A program made the translations under genes and the position numbers. The notes under the pieces were generated by a model, which saw nothing but the letters and a program-made list of their open reading frames with translations, ran no database searches and was not told where the DNA came from. From assembly GCA_965243025.1 (NCBI GenBank), contig CBDETY010000003.1:3424001-3488000 (forward strand): DNA of 64,000 bases. The letters run 5' to 3'. Below, piece after piece: positions 18,988 through 29,241 of this stretch. The DNA comes from Candidatus Latescibacterota bacterium (lineage in GTDB: Bacteria > Latescibacterota > UBA2968 > UBA8231). Position 1 is the stretch's first letter. Each line of letters starts with the position of its first letter.

Positions 18988-20589
18988 CTAGTCCTGCACC
19001 CCGGCGAGCCGCACTAGTTTACCGCCGCCGGGCATCAGGCTTACCCTTGCGCGCGACCCGTCCGAGGCCTTGTGCCACTTCCGCTCCGTGGCGTCGAACA
19101 CCTCCATTGATCCCGGGCCGACTACGGTCGTGGTGACCTGCTGGGTGTAGTCCAGGTTCACCACCAGTACATGGGTGGTGTTGCCGGCAGTACCGAAGTA
19201 CCCCAAGAGCATGCCGGTCACAGGTGCCGGGGGGTCGAACTTTGCCGGCGGCACGGGCGGGTCCACGGTGAAGCGGGCGTCGGCCGGCAGCCCCACCGCC
19301 CCAAAGGGAACGGTGCCGAGATGATATGCACCCAGGGAAGTCAGCGGCTGCACTTCGGTGCCGATGGCGATGAACTCGGGGTTGATCTGTCGCAACGCCT
19401 CGCCCAGCGGGGTCAGGGAATCGTCAAAAACATAAAAATTGGACACTCCCCCTCGAAAAGGAGGGACTCTGGCGTAGTACACAAACTGGGAGAGGCCCTG
19501 GCCGCCATAGGCCAGCGTGGTGTAGGCCAGGAATCTGCCCTCGTCGCCGTTGGGTATGCGCCAGTCACCATACCCTTCATCATCCAAAGCGCAAGCCTGC
19601 ACGACGTTGACGAAGGGCAGGCCGCTTTTCACCGCCGCTTCGCGGACCAGGGCCAGGTTGAGGAAGTACTGGACGTTATCACCCTGGCGGAGCTGGCTGT
19701 CCGTAACGAACCGTTGGCTGCCAACCTCGCGTGCAAGCTTGCCGAGGAAGTGATAGTGGTCATAGCTGATCAAGTCGGGCTTGACGATCTCCACGAACTG
19801 GCGGAGGTGCTCCCGGTAAGCATCAATGCTATAGCCCACGCCTGCGAGAGCATCAAGCGCTCGCTGTTCATCAGAAATCGGGCCATAATAATCGATGGGG
19901 ATGCCCAGTGAATTAGCGCTGGCGTAAGTGGGGAATAGATTGACGAGGCACATGTGATCGGGATCACGCTCGCGGATGTAAGCCACGATCCTGCCCAACA
20001 GCGGAAAAACGGCGGCGCTGCGCTCGTCATGGATGTAATAGCCGTACATCGCCGGATGGTTCTTCACCCGCTCGATCACCGCATCGAGTCTCGCCCTCTG
20101 ATGCGGGTCGTCCAAGACGTAATAAATCCCCTTCGGGTCGCCGAAGCCTAGGGATAAGGGAAAAAAAAGCGCGCGCAGCCCCTGCGCGTGAGCATCGTCG
20201 AGTTCTTCCACAGTCTGGCACCAGACCAGGTTGAAGCCGCCGTCAGCCATCTTCCTGGCGATGGCGGGCGTCATTAATCCGAAGTGCTTTCCCGCCCCAG
20301 GGCCTTGATAGTAACTGGTGATGGGAGCGCCGATCTCCCACTTGCTGCCCGCCGGTCGCCCAGGCGCGGCACCTGAGGCAAATGTCTCCGATGTTGTGCA
20401 TGCTACCGTCCCGACCAGTACGAGGACGAAGACCCTGTACAACCATCTCCTGGAAGGACGAAATACCGAAGTACCCCCAGCCAGAGGCTGGTCCGCCTCA
20501 GGCGGAAAGTACCCAAATACCCAAGGGAATGACGATTGACCCCGCATGCCGGAGTGCGGAAGCTTGAACATGGTTTTTTCATTACTCAT
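18988..20589 (-). CDS. Hypothetical exported glycoside-hydrolase-like (TIM barrel) protein
   Basis: Hydrophobic signal/lipobox-like segment; HPAMYGYYIHDE, VNLFP, ISYDHY, LAYGGQG; true start may be later. Confidence 0.55.
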   Translation of the reverse strand: MSNEKTMFKLPHSGMRGQSSFPWVFGYFPPEADQPLAGGTSVFRPSRRWLYRVFVLVLVGTVACTTSETFASGAAPGRPAGSKWEIGAPITSYYQGPGAGKHFGLMTPAIARKMADGGFNLVWCQTVEELDDAHAQGLRALFFPLSLGFGDPKGIYYVLDDPHQRARLDAVIERVKNHPAMYGYYIHDERSAAVFPLLGRIVAYIRERDPDHMCLVNLFPTYASANSLGIPIDYYGPISDEQRALDALAGVGYSIDAYREHLRQFVEIVKPDLISYDHYHFLGKLAREVGSQRFVTDSQLRQGDNVQYFLNLALVREAAVKSGLPFVNVVQACALDDEGYGDWRIPNGDEGRFLAYTTLAYGGQGLSQFVYYARVPPFRGGVSNFYVFDDSLTPLGEALRQINPEFIAIGTEVQPLTSLGAYHLGTVPFGAVGLPADARFTVDPPVPPAKFDPPAPVTGMLLGYFGTAGNTTHVLVVNLDYTQQVTTTVVGPGSMEVFDATERKWHKASDGSRARVSLMPGGGKLVRLAGVQD

Positions 20590-20696
20590 TCTCTTGATCT
20601 CCTTTGTTTGTTCTTTGCAAACTATCGGGGATCGTTTCGTCTACCTAAGGATATAATTTGGAAACGTCGACATCCTCATTGAATATTGTCAGATAT

Positions 20697-21290
20697 TTAT
20701 TGCGCATTTAAGTTCATTTCCAGGGCAAATTCATCCACTATTCGCCTTATGCGCATAGTCGTAATCGCATACACGGGGCCATCCTTTTCGAAGTTAGCCT
20801 CCGCTACGAATTTCGCACGGTTGTCTGAAACTAGCTTCTCCGCCGTCCGCTTCTTTTTCATTTCATGTGGTGTTCTGCGCTTGCCCTTCCGCGGAGGATA
20901 GACTGCGACAGAATATCCTCCTTGGTAGTTGATCATTTTCATTGCGGGGACATCCGTCTCACCATCGCCGATATAGATCATCCTAGAAAATGGGCAGGGT
21001 CATTGGTTTTGCGGAGTAAAGCTATTGATTTCCTCGTTGTCCCAACTATTCAGAATTCCTTTGTTTATGCGAAACAGATATTGTGTCTTCGTGGTGTAGT
21101 TTACCGACTGCGCTGCAAATGTTGGTACATCATTTGAATCATAGCTGAACCCGGAAGCAAAGATGTGCTTGAACTCCTTCGCAATCGATGAACCTTTTAT
21201 CATCTCCCTTAGGCCTGATGAAATTACGAAATGCTCGATCTCAGCGCTTCGCTCCTTACCGTATTCGTTAATGGTTTCGAACCAAGTTCC
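20697..21290 (-). pseudogene. HAD-like hydrolase, 5'-truncated with in-frame TGA at 21000-21002
   Basis: ISSGLREMI, VNYTTKTQYLFRINKG, MIYIGDGETDVP; AT-rich. Confidence 0.75.
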
Positions 21291-21698
21291 CCTTTCCGCC
21301 GCCGTCCTGCAGCTCTGGGGGAGTCCCCCTTACCGAATTTCCCGGGCAGCCGTGGCCGTCCGACCATAGAAGCCCAAGTGCTCGGCATCGCTGAACGCGA
21401 AGCCTTGGGTCTCATATCGGCCGCAGCTCCTTCTCGTCGAACACGAGCGCCCACACGCCGTGCTCGGTCACCATTCAATCATTCCGCAACGGTGTCGTTC
21501 CAGCGGGACCCCGATTCCGTTTTCGCGTCCAGCGCGGAGGAACTGGCCGTGCGCTGACCGAACCGCCACGGCACTACTTCCGGCCGGATTTGACGCGATG
21601 CCCAGCTCTCTCTCCGTGCCGAGGAATCGATGACCACTATCCTGTTACCGCCTGCCTGCGACGGCTCGCGATCGGACGACTCCGGTGCGCAAGGTCCG

Positions 21699-24371
21699 CT
21701 ACAGAGTCACTCCACCGCCAAGCAGTCGAAGCTCGTGCAACGGGAAGGGCAACGAGGTGTCGTAGCGATACTGGGCGTGAACGCCTCGCAGGCGATGCAC
21801 GAGCGTCGCGAGTCGCTGCGGGTCATCGTCCTCCTGCATGAACGCGACGCAAATCTCGTCCAACTGTGCCGAGACACGCGATACGTCATCCTTGGGGGGA
21901 TTCTCGTTCTCCCCGAATACCTGATGCCGCGACGCGCTCGCAGCGAAATGCTGCCCCGCCGAGACCGAGGGTGGCTTCGTTTTGAGTCCGTAGAACGTGC
22001 GCTTGGCCCCGTCCCAGGAAAAGAGTCCGCTCGGCCACTTCGCGTCAGTGTCGTGATGGTAGTAGGGCTGCTTCTTGGGATCCGGGCTCACCCTGACCAA
22101 GCGCAGATGCGGCAAGTCGTCTGGCGTGAAAGTTCGGTTTCCCACCGAAAGGCGATCCAGCTCGAGCCTGCCGTTCTGAAGTGTCGCGAGCTTGTGTCCC
22201 AGTGTTTCCCCTTCGGCAATGACCAGCGCTGGCCCACAGCGGTCGATGTCCGCCAGCACGGTCGAGAAGAACGCGTTGAACTTCGCCAGGTTCTCCTCCC
22301 AGCGACCGCGGCCGAACTTCCCGTAGTCGCCGAAAAGGATATGCAGTGCGGCCTCGGAGTACGGCAGCCACGCAGGCTCTCCCGATTCTTCGGGTATGGC
22401 GCATTCGAGTTTTCCATCACGCACGCGCGCTGCCAAGGGGAACGCATGGGCGCGTCGAAATCGACCCGCCACCCTGTCGCTGTTCCGCTGAATGATCGTG
22501 AGCGCGGCCGGCGAGCACCCGTATTCCGAACCCTCTACCGGGAGCGTGCCAAGCATTCGGAAGCAGTCGCGCACCGCGGCGGCGTACCTGCTCCTGTCGG
22601 CCTCGGCATTCGAACTCTGTCCGTCGACCAGAACGACTTGTGGGAGCACGCACCAATTCGCCAGCGCCCTTCGAGAAAAAGGGAATGGATCGCCCCGGGT
22701 GTTTCCCCTCGTCATGGAGGGCATTTCCAAGACGGCGCAAGCAACGGAGCTGGAACTGGACCGCACCTCCTCCACATGTCGGCCCATCCTCCTGGTTACG
22801 GCTTCGAGCTCATCTTCGCGTTTCGCCCTGATTATCGCGTCCTGCTGGTTCTTCGTCCGCCCCGCAATTTCGGCGTCACTCAGCTCGACCCATGGCAGCA
22901 ATTCGGACAGGGCCCCTGCGGGGGCCGGGATGAGCCTGATTGCGAGGTCGTCCGGCCACTGGAGGCGCATTCCGTCCGTCGACGCGGGTTTGCCGAGGTA
23001 CTCGGCAAGCGCCTCAGCGATGGTTTGCGGGGTTTGATCAAGGAGCTGGAACACGTAGAACTCGAGCTCGCCCGTGTCGTTGCCCGCGGCCTTCAGCGCA
23101 TTGAGAACCGCCCGCCGGCGCAGGGGATGGTGCTTCTCAGGGTTGATCTTGGTCGGGTTGAAGGGTCCGTCGAGTGGCAACCTCGTCGCAACGCGAACCA
23201 TGGGATTCGCGCGCTCGAGGCCGATCCCGGCAAAGGCTTCATCAAGCGAATCTGCGATGTCTTTTCGATCGGGCCACGGCACCCCGCTTCCCCCGGCCAT
23301 CCGATCGTCTCCGTGCACTGTCCCGCGCCTCGGGAGGACCCAAAGGCCATCGTGGTTCATGATGGGAGCCTCGAGATTTGCCCCTTCGACTGCGCCGTTT
23401 CCCGTCAATCGTCTGATGAGGGCGAACACTCGTTCGTCCTCCTTGTGCGGCCACCAAGCCACCACGGGCTGTCGTCCGTTTGGATTGGGAGGAGCGATCC
23501 TGTCCTGCTTCGGCTTGAATCTGAACGACGTGTGCTTGTAGTCGATGGCTTCCTTCTCGCCGTCGACTGGAAGAAAGACATCGAGGGAGCGGTTCGGATC
23601 ACTGTCCGAGGCATAGCGGGTTACCGCTCCCCAGTTGCGGATCGATGGCCGAACGAGGACGTGGAGCCCAGGCCGTTCCGGATAGCTTGGCGTGTGCACC
23701 GCGATGACCTCGCTCCACAGGCCTTCCGCATTCGCCGCACGCTTCGGGGGGAACGCGACGAGTTCGATGCCCTCATAGGCCGACGACTGTGCCGTCTTGG
23801 TCACGAGCTTCCGGCTTTCGCCCGACCGAAAGCGAAGTACCTGCCCTGCCAGCGCCGCGACAGCGCGTGCAGCGAGTGCGTCCCACATCATGTTGTCTTG
23901 CGGAGCTGCGCACGCACCGGAGTGCCTCCTCAGGGTGGGGCTCACGTCCAGCAGGGCCCAGCTCTCCGGCTTGAGCGCAGACGAAGCGAGCGTGTTGCGA
24001 ACTTCACCTGGCTTCTCCGGGTAGAGGATGTTCAGCCACATCGCGAGCCCTGTCTGGATACGTGTGCCCAGCTCCTGGCTCTGCCTCACGTCCCCCACGA
24101 AGTACACGCAGAGTCTTTGTCGCTGCACTTCCCGATCCCACTCGTTCTTGACGAACGCGACGTCGGGAACGAACCACGCCATGATTTCCGAAAGGCCCCT
24201 CAGTATGACCGTGATGGGCTGATCGCTGTCCCGTCTCGTTCGCTCCCGGCTCCACTGTGCGAGGACGTCGTGTGCCTCATGCGACAGCTTGAACCGGGTA
24301 ACGGTCAAGGCGCCTTCGGGAATCGCCCTTGCGTTCCAGACTGCAAGTTCGAGGGTATCTGCCCTAGTCAT
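21699..24371 (-). CDS. pPIWI-RE protein (X/DUF3962, MID and RNase H-like DUF3893 domains)
   Basis: 890 aa; MID-like DP..RRALA...LPQ, C-terminal LRLVRV, LDEI, LPFPLH; last gene of a REase-helicase-PIWI operon. Confidence 0.85.
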   Translation of the reverse strand: MTRADTLELAVWNARAIPEGALTVTRFKLSHEAHDVLAQWSRERTRRDSDQPITVILRGLSEIMAWFVPDVAFVKNEWDREVQRQRLCVYFVGDVRQSQELGTRIQTGLAMWLNILYPEKPGEVRNTLASSALKPESWALLDVSPTLRRHSGACAAPQDNMMWDALAARAVAALAGQVLRFRSGESRKLVTKTAQSSAYEGIELVAFPPKRAANAEGLWSEVIAVHTPSYPERPGLHVLVRPSIRNWGAVTRYASDSDPNRSLDVFLPVDGEKEAIDYKHTSFRFKPKQDRIAPPNPNGRQPVVAWWPHKEDERVFALIRRLTGNGAVEGANLEAPIMNHDGLWVLPRRGTVHGDDRMAGGSGVPWPDRKDIADSLDEAFAGIGLERANPMVRVATRLPLDGPFNPTKINPEKHHPLRRRAVLNALKAAGNDTGELEFYVFQLLDQTPQTIAEALAEYLGKPASTDGMRLQWPDDLAIRLIPAPAGALSELLPWVELSDAEIAGRTKNQQDAIIRAKREDELEAVTRRMGRHVEEVRSSSSSVACAVLEMPSMTRGNTRGDPFPFSRRALANWCVLPQVVLVDGQSSNAEADRSRYAAAVRDCFRMLGTLPVEGSEYGCSPAALTIIQRNSDRVAGRFRRAHAFPLAARVRDGKLECAIPEESGEPAWLPYSEAALHILFGDYGKFGRGRWEENLAKFNAFFSTVLADIDRCGPALVIAEGETLGHKLATLQNGRLELDRLSVGNRTFTPDDLPHLRLVRVSPDPKKQPYYHHDTDAKWPSGLFSWDGAKRTFYGLKTKPPSVSAGQHFAASASRHQVFGENENPPKDDVSRVSAQLDEICVAFMQEDDDPQRLATLVHRLRGVHAQYRYDTSLPFPLHELRLLGGGVTL

Positions 24372-27300
24372 GGTTGAGTCCTTTCGTATGTTTCAAGGCG
24401 TTGTGGAACGGTTCGTAGAGAAGCCGCGCCACCCTGTGTGCCGATGCGTTCCGCGTGGGGTCCATTGCGCGCTCGAGCTGATTCACAGCCTCAACGAGGG
24501 CGCTTGTATCTCCGGAGTCCTGTCCGCCGTCGAATGACTCCGGGGCGAACTGTCGGTCTACGAATCCGACGAAGACGGGGCATCCGTTGCGGATCCCTCT
24601 TCCGACCGTCTGCCACAACGGGGTGAGCATGTCCCAGGCGAACTGGATCTTGTACTCCGTAGAGAGCTGGCTGTATCCACCACGCGCATAGAGGCTGTAG
24701 CGCACGATGTTGCTTGCTGCGTGGCGCATCCTCCGGGCACGTTGCGACAGCCGTATCGCACCCTGCTTCACCTCTGCTCGGTTCGGTTCCGCGTCGAACC
24801 GTTGCACGGCGAACCGGTTGAGCCGTCCGATGGTGGGAGACAAGTCGTCGGGGCGAGGATGCGGGCGATGCAGGAAGTAGATCGAGGAAAGCGCCGCCCG
24901 GTTGCCCTCATTCAGGATGTTGTGCCCGCGCGAGACAATTTGCATCGGCGCGACCAGGATTGACATCTCGGTCTCTCCGCCGAACCGCTCGATGAGCGAG
25001 CGTGGGAGAACGCGCGCGCGTTTCGGGTGCCGCTCCTCACCGAGTGTGCCGTCATCCGCGCGATCACGCACGAGACAATGAACCTTCCAATCGTTGTATC
25101 CGTGGCCTTCGAAGGTCTCGACGAGCGCATCGGCGACGACGACCGCGTCGGCGTACGAATTCGTGACAAGCAGTGACCGCCGCCGACCCTCGAGGTGGTC
25201 CGATCCCCACGCGTCGCTCATCCGCCGCCAGTGATCCTCGATCATGTTGATGCCATCTCGCCGTACCGCCAGCCGTTCGGCAATGAGGGCAAGGTTCCTG
25301 CGCCGTTCCCTTTCCGGCAGACCGGACACGCGGATCTGCTTCGCCTGATTGTCACGGATCTCGATGAGCTCGAACGAGGACCTCCGGACTGCCTCGAGTT
25401 CGGGCTTGGGCTGCAGGAGCACTCCCTTGGCGGGGACCTGCACGTCATAGGTCGGCGACGCGGCGTCCATCGGCTTGCCGGTCTTCGGATGGGGCTGGCG
25501 CATGCCTCCGCCCGCCCAGCTGGTCCCGCTCAGCATCAGCACATGCGGCCCCGCGCGCCCTTCGCTCCGTAGGAGATCGTGCAGATGAACCACCAGGTGA
25601 CGGCCGACCCCAAGATGGTTGATGAGCGTGAGCTTCCCCCCCATCGTGTCGCGCTTGTCCGGTCCCGGTTCGTCGTAGAGAAGCCCGAACACCGCGCCTG
25701 CGGGATTCGACGGCAGCAGCGTGCGGTAGTGCCTGATGAGGTTGCTCGCTTGACTGAACATTTGGTGGTCGTCGATGCCGAAGTCGCTTGCGACGGCTGG
25801 CTGGGTTTTCACCAACCAGTAGTAGTGGGAGAGCGCGAGGTCCGTGATCACGGCGAGCAGAAGAGCGAGGGCGTTTTTCCGCTTCCCCAGACCCTTCGGG
25901 TGGGCTTCGCCGTCTCCTTCGGCGTGAAACGCCGCCAGATCGCCCTCAAGTGCCTTTTCGATCTCGATGACGAGGTCTTCGTAGTAGTCGGCGACACAGA
26001 CCTCTCGGGCGATGCTTTGCAGCCCCTTGCACGCCTTGTCGAATGCCTTGTCGCGGAACTGATTCTTCTCCTCTTCTTCCGCGTCCATCGTCTGCTCATT
26101 GGAGATCGAGGACGCGCGCGAGAATCGGGAGATCCCTGCGGCGACCTTGACGACCTCGAGAAACTCCTCCTCGACCGCCGGGTCGTCGAAGCTCCGACCT
26201 GCCTCGACTAGGCCCAGAACCTCCTGGCGCCGGTGCCACACTCTGTAGAGGATGCTCGCCGCGGTGAAAGGGGTGTTCGCGTAGAACTCGCGGAGATCCG
26301 CCTGCTCGTTTTGCAGGATCGCGTAGAGCGCACCGATCAGGCGGTACAGGGTGTGGAAGTTGGCCTGCCACTTGGCGTTCACTTCGCGGCGAAACTGCCA
26401 TCCGCTTCGTTCGCGCAGCGCTTCCGAGGTGCGCGTACCGATGGCCGGTGCATAGACATCGCGGTCGCCGCCCATGATCGGTGATCGCGGGGCAAGAATG
26501 TCGTCCATGCTCCTCTGCATTGAGTCGACTTCGTCGATGATGACCAAGTCGAAGGTGCACTGGAGGAGCTCGGGGAGCGTCAGGTGGTGCGGGGTAGTCC
26601 ACTTGTCCGGTGTCATGTGGACAAACGCCTGAGGGGTGAGCGCGACGACCTGCGCGTCTACCGCCGAGCGTTGCTGCTCCTGTGCCGGGCACCTGGCCCA
26701 GAGCGGGCATGACCGGTTCGACCCCGTATTCAGGTCGGCGTCGGCATCGGTCTCGCGCGCTTGGTCGGCGTCTCGGGCGCTCTGAAACAGCTTGTGACAC
26801 GGTTTCTCCCTAAACGCCGGGAACCCCGCTTGGTCTCCGTTCCCCCGCACCACTACCGCTTCGCGCTGCATGCCGTCGAGCGGACATGCGATGCTGAAGT
26901 TCTCTGCCGCGGTACCCACCGAGGCGAGCGACCATCCCTCGGAGGACAACCCCTGTTGCCAGTGAATCGAATTGAGGTGCCGTTCCCGGTTGTACGGGCT
27001 TGAAAGGACGGTTGCGGTGACTCCGTGCCGACGCAGGCGTGCGATGACGGTTGCGCCTTGAACCGTATCGCCGACCAGCATCGCAATGCGCTTGTTGGTC
27101 CTGCCAAGCGCAAGGGCAAAGATGATTGCCCACACGAGTGTCGACTTGCCCGACGACAGCATCCCGAGTACATGCACCGCGCCTTCGAGCGTGATTGCCC
27201 CGTCTTCGAAGAAGCCATCGACGAGGCCCTCGATCTCCAGCTTCTCGAGTCGCTCCGAGAGCCGGAGTTGGGGCAGGCTCGATGGCCAGTCTTCCTGCCC

Positions 27301-27939
27301 TTCGAGTTCATCGACTCGTTTCGCGACTGACTTCATCTGGTCGAGCGTGATCCGTATAGGGGGGGACTCGACCCTGTCGCTCAGGACGTGTCCGGGTATT
27401 GTTCGCTCTTCCTCGGGTACGGCGGGGATCCGATACGAGAGCACCGTGTCGCCCCGGTTGACGCGTGCGAATGCGTTACCTGGACTGGCCACTGACCGGC
27501 TGCGCTCGACCCAGGGAACGGTGCGTCCGAGCTGTTCGTCGAGCAGCGTGCGCAGCAAGCTCGGAGCGGCATTTCGCAGACGCACCTTGCCGTCCACGAT
27601 GTTGTAGCAGCGGATGATCTCGGGACGTTCGCGATGCTCACGACGGGCGTCAGACCACGCGGCGACCGACGCGTACTGGGTGCAGAGGTGGCGCAGGGTG
27701 CTCAGCGCGCGGTGTACATCAGGAGAGTTTCCCCTGCCGTCGAGCAGGGTCGGGTAGCCCAGCATCAGGTAAGGGACCGCGGAGACGTCTTCTTCCGGCA
27801 AGTACGATGCGACGAAGTGCAGGCACAATTCGGTGAGTGCAAGTGAACGCGCCGCACCGCGCACAAGTTCCCCCGCGGCCGGATCGGTGACCTGCAACCC
27901 TCTTTCGTAGCTCTTGATGAAGTTCAGGTCAGTCCTCAT
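24364..27939 (-). CDS. pPIWI-RE-associated DinG-type SF2 helicase (N-terminal Z-like domain)
   Basis: Walker A GMLSSGKST, Walker B IIDEVD, LSGTS, QTVGRGIR, Cys cluster CPL..C..CPLW..CP. Confidence 0.85.
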   Translation of the reverse strand: MRTDLNFIKSYERGLQVTDPAAGELVRGAARSLALTELCLHFVASYLPEEDVSAVPYLMLGYPTLLDGRGNSPDVHRALSTLRHLCTQYASVAAWSDARREHRERPEIIRCYNIVDGKVRLRNAAPSLLRTLLDEQLGRTVPWVERSRSVASPGNAFARVNRGDTVLSYRIPAVPEEERTIPGHVLSDRVESPPIRITLDQMKSVAKRVDELEGQEDWPSSLPQLRLSERLEKLEIEGLVDGFFEDGAITLEGAVHVLGMLSSGKSTLVWAIIFALALGRTNKRIAMLVGDTVQGATVIARLRRHGVTATVLSSPYNRERHLNSIHWQQGLSSEGWSLASVGTAAENFSIACPLDGMQREAVVVRGNGDQAGFPAFREKPCHKLFQSARDADQARETDADADLNTGSNRSCPLWARCPAQEQQRSAVDAQVVALTPQAFVHMTPDKWTTPHHLTLPELLQCTFDLVIIDEVDSMQRSMDDILAPRSPIMGGDRDVYAPAIGTRTSEALRERSGWQFRREVNAKWQANFHTLYRLIGALYAILQNEQADLREFYANTPFTAASILYRVWHRRQEVLGLVEAGRSFDDPAVEEEFLEVVKVAAGISRFSRASSISNEQTMDAEEEEKNQFRDKAFDKACKGLQSIAREVCVADYYEDLVIEIEKALEGDLAAFHAEGDGEAHPKGLGKRKNALALLLAVITDLALSHYYWLVKTQPAVASDFGIDDHQMFSQASNLIRHYRTLLPSNPAGAVFGLLYDEPGPDKRDTMGGKLTLINHLGVGRHLVVHLHDLLRSEGRAGPHVLMLSGTSWAGGGMRQPHPKTGKPMDAASPTYDVQVPAKGVLLQPKPELEAVRRSSFELIEIRDNQAKQIRVSGLPERERRRNLALIAERLAVRRDGINMIEDHWRRMSDAWGSDHLEGRRRSLLVTNSYADAVVVADALVETFEGHGYNDWKVHCLVRDRADDGTLGEERHPKRARVLPRSLIERFGGETEMSILVAPMQIVSRGHNILNEGNRAALSSIYFLHRPHPRPDDLSPTIGRLNRFAVQRFDAEPNRAEVKQGAIRLSQRARRMRHAASNIVRYSLYARGGYSQLSTEYKIQFAWDMLTPLWQTVGRGIRNGCPVFVGFVDRQFAPESFDGGQDSGDTSALVEAVNQLERAMDPTRNASAHRVARLLYEPFHNALKHTKGLNHD

Positions 27940-29228
27940 GCCGCCTCCAGCTCGTCGATCAGGTCCGAGACGGTGCGAAGTTCGACGGCAGCCTTGGCCT
28001 TTGTGCGACGGATTGCTTCGAATCGTTCTTCGAAGTGCTCATCCACCTGCAAGACGTAGTCGGGTACCACGAGGAAGCACTCGTGGCTGCGTTCGAACTC
28101 CTTGAACCCATCAAACTGGACCGCCAGACGCGAGGGAGAGAGGTAATCCTTCACATCCACGGCGATTCGGCGGTCCCCTTCCGGCGATGTGGCCAAGAGG
28201 TCTACGCGGTCCAGGTTCGGCCACAGCGTCGTCGCCCAACCCAGGGTGCCCAAGCGTCGTTCCAATTCCAGCTCCGCTAGGCCAGGCAGGCACCAGAACC
28301 TCCGGAAGGCCCGCTTCAGGTACAGCATGCCGCTGCGATACCTGAGGGTTTCATGCTTGCCTGCCCGGGCACGTCGGATCGCCTCCGGGTCCCGGCATTC
28401 AGTGTGGAACGCCTTTTTGTCGGGGCGCAGGATCGTTCCGCTCACGGTGCAAATCCGCAGGAGGCCCTTGACTGCGAGCGTCTCGGGGACGCGGTCGTAG
28501 AAGGTTTCAACGATCTCGTCGATGCCTTCGGTGCTGGCCAGCGTCAGGTCCATGAGGATCGTCCCGGACCAGTTCGGCAGGACAGGCTTCTCGATCACGC
28601 ACCGCCGCCACGCCCTGTAGAGATCCTCGCCGTCCAGGCGGTCGCGGCATCTGTCCCTGAGCATCTCGTAACCGAGATGCTCCTCAATCTCGCGTTCCGG
28701 ATCGCCCCCCGGGCAGGCGAGCTTGCGGCACTCGGTGCTGACCTCACCGTCCTCGACCAGTCGCGCTGCGAAATACTCCTCTGCTTCGTCCCAGGACATG
28801 TCCGTGACCCAGCGGAACAGCGGCTCTTGGGCCACCCTTGCAAGGGAGCCGAGGTCGGTTGGCCATCTGTCCTCGCCTTCGATCAGGTTTCGCGCCGCTC
28901 CGAGGTCGAGCGCTCGCCTCAGGCTCTCTGGATACGGTGTCCGCAGCCAGCCTGTTGCGTCGATCTGTCGTTGGATTGCTACCAAGGCACTCGCGAGGAT
29001 GACGACCATCTCGTGGTCGTTGCGAGCAGGCTTCTCGGGTCCCTCGAGTTCCTCGAGCCGCCCGAGAACGTCCTCGGCAACCCCTTTGTCATCGGCGAAG
29101 TACCTGTAGAGCGTAGCCCGGCCGATGCCAAGCGCCTGCGCGGCGGCAGACTTCCACCGCCGTCCGAGTCCCAGCCTGTGGGCAAAGAGCGCTTCGCAGC
29201 GGGTGTAGAAGGCGTTTGCTTCGGACAT
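27936..29228 (-). CDS. pPIWI-RE-associated restriction endonuclease-fold protein (Y domain) with N-terminal HTH
   Basis: AAAQALGIGRATLYRY HTH; PGLAE..L, WPNLDRVDL..AVDVKDY PD-(D/E)XK motif; ATGA overlap with helicase. Confidence 0.8.
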   Translation of the reverse strand: MSEANAFYTRCEALFAHRLGLGRRWKSAAAQALGIGRATLYRYFADDKGVAEDVLGRLEELEGPEKPARNDHEMVVILASALVAIQRQIDATGWLRTPYPESLRRALDLGAARNLIEGEDRWPTDLGSLARVAQEPLFRWVTDMSWDEAEEYFAARLVEDGEVSTECRKLACPGGDPEREIEEHLGYEMLRDRCRDRLDGEDLYRAWRRCVIEKPVLPNWSGTILMDLTLASTEGIDEIVETFYDRVPETLAVKGLLRICTVSGTILRPDKKAFHTECRDPEAIRRARAGKHETLRYRSGMLYLKRAFRRFWCLPGLAELELERRLGTLGWATTLWPNLDRVDLLATSPEGDRRIAVDVKDYLSPSRLAVQFDGFKEFERSHECFLVVPDYVLQVDEHFEERFEAIRRTKAKAAVELRTVSDLIDELEAA

Positions 29229-29241
29229 GTTCGACTTCGTG

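Noticed and set aside
21360-21698. Guide RNA or repeat array next to pPIWI-RE (also checked 29290-29610)
   Set aside because: No repeats or recognisable structured RNA seen by eye; a covariance search would be needed
21630-24377. 915 aa plus-strand ORF
   Set aside because: Antisense shadow of the pPIWI-RE gene; no motifs, typical of high-GC DNA
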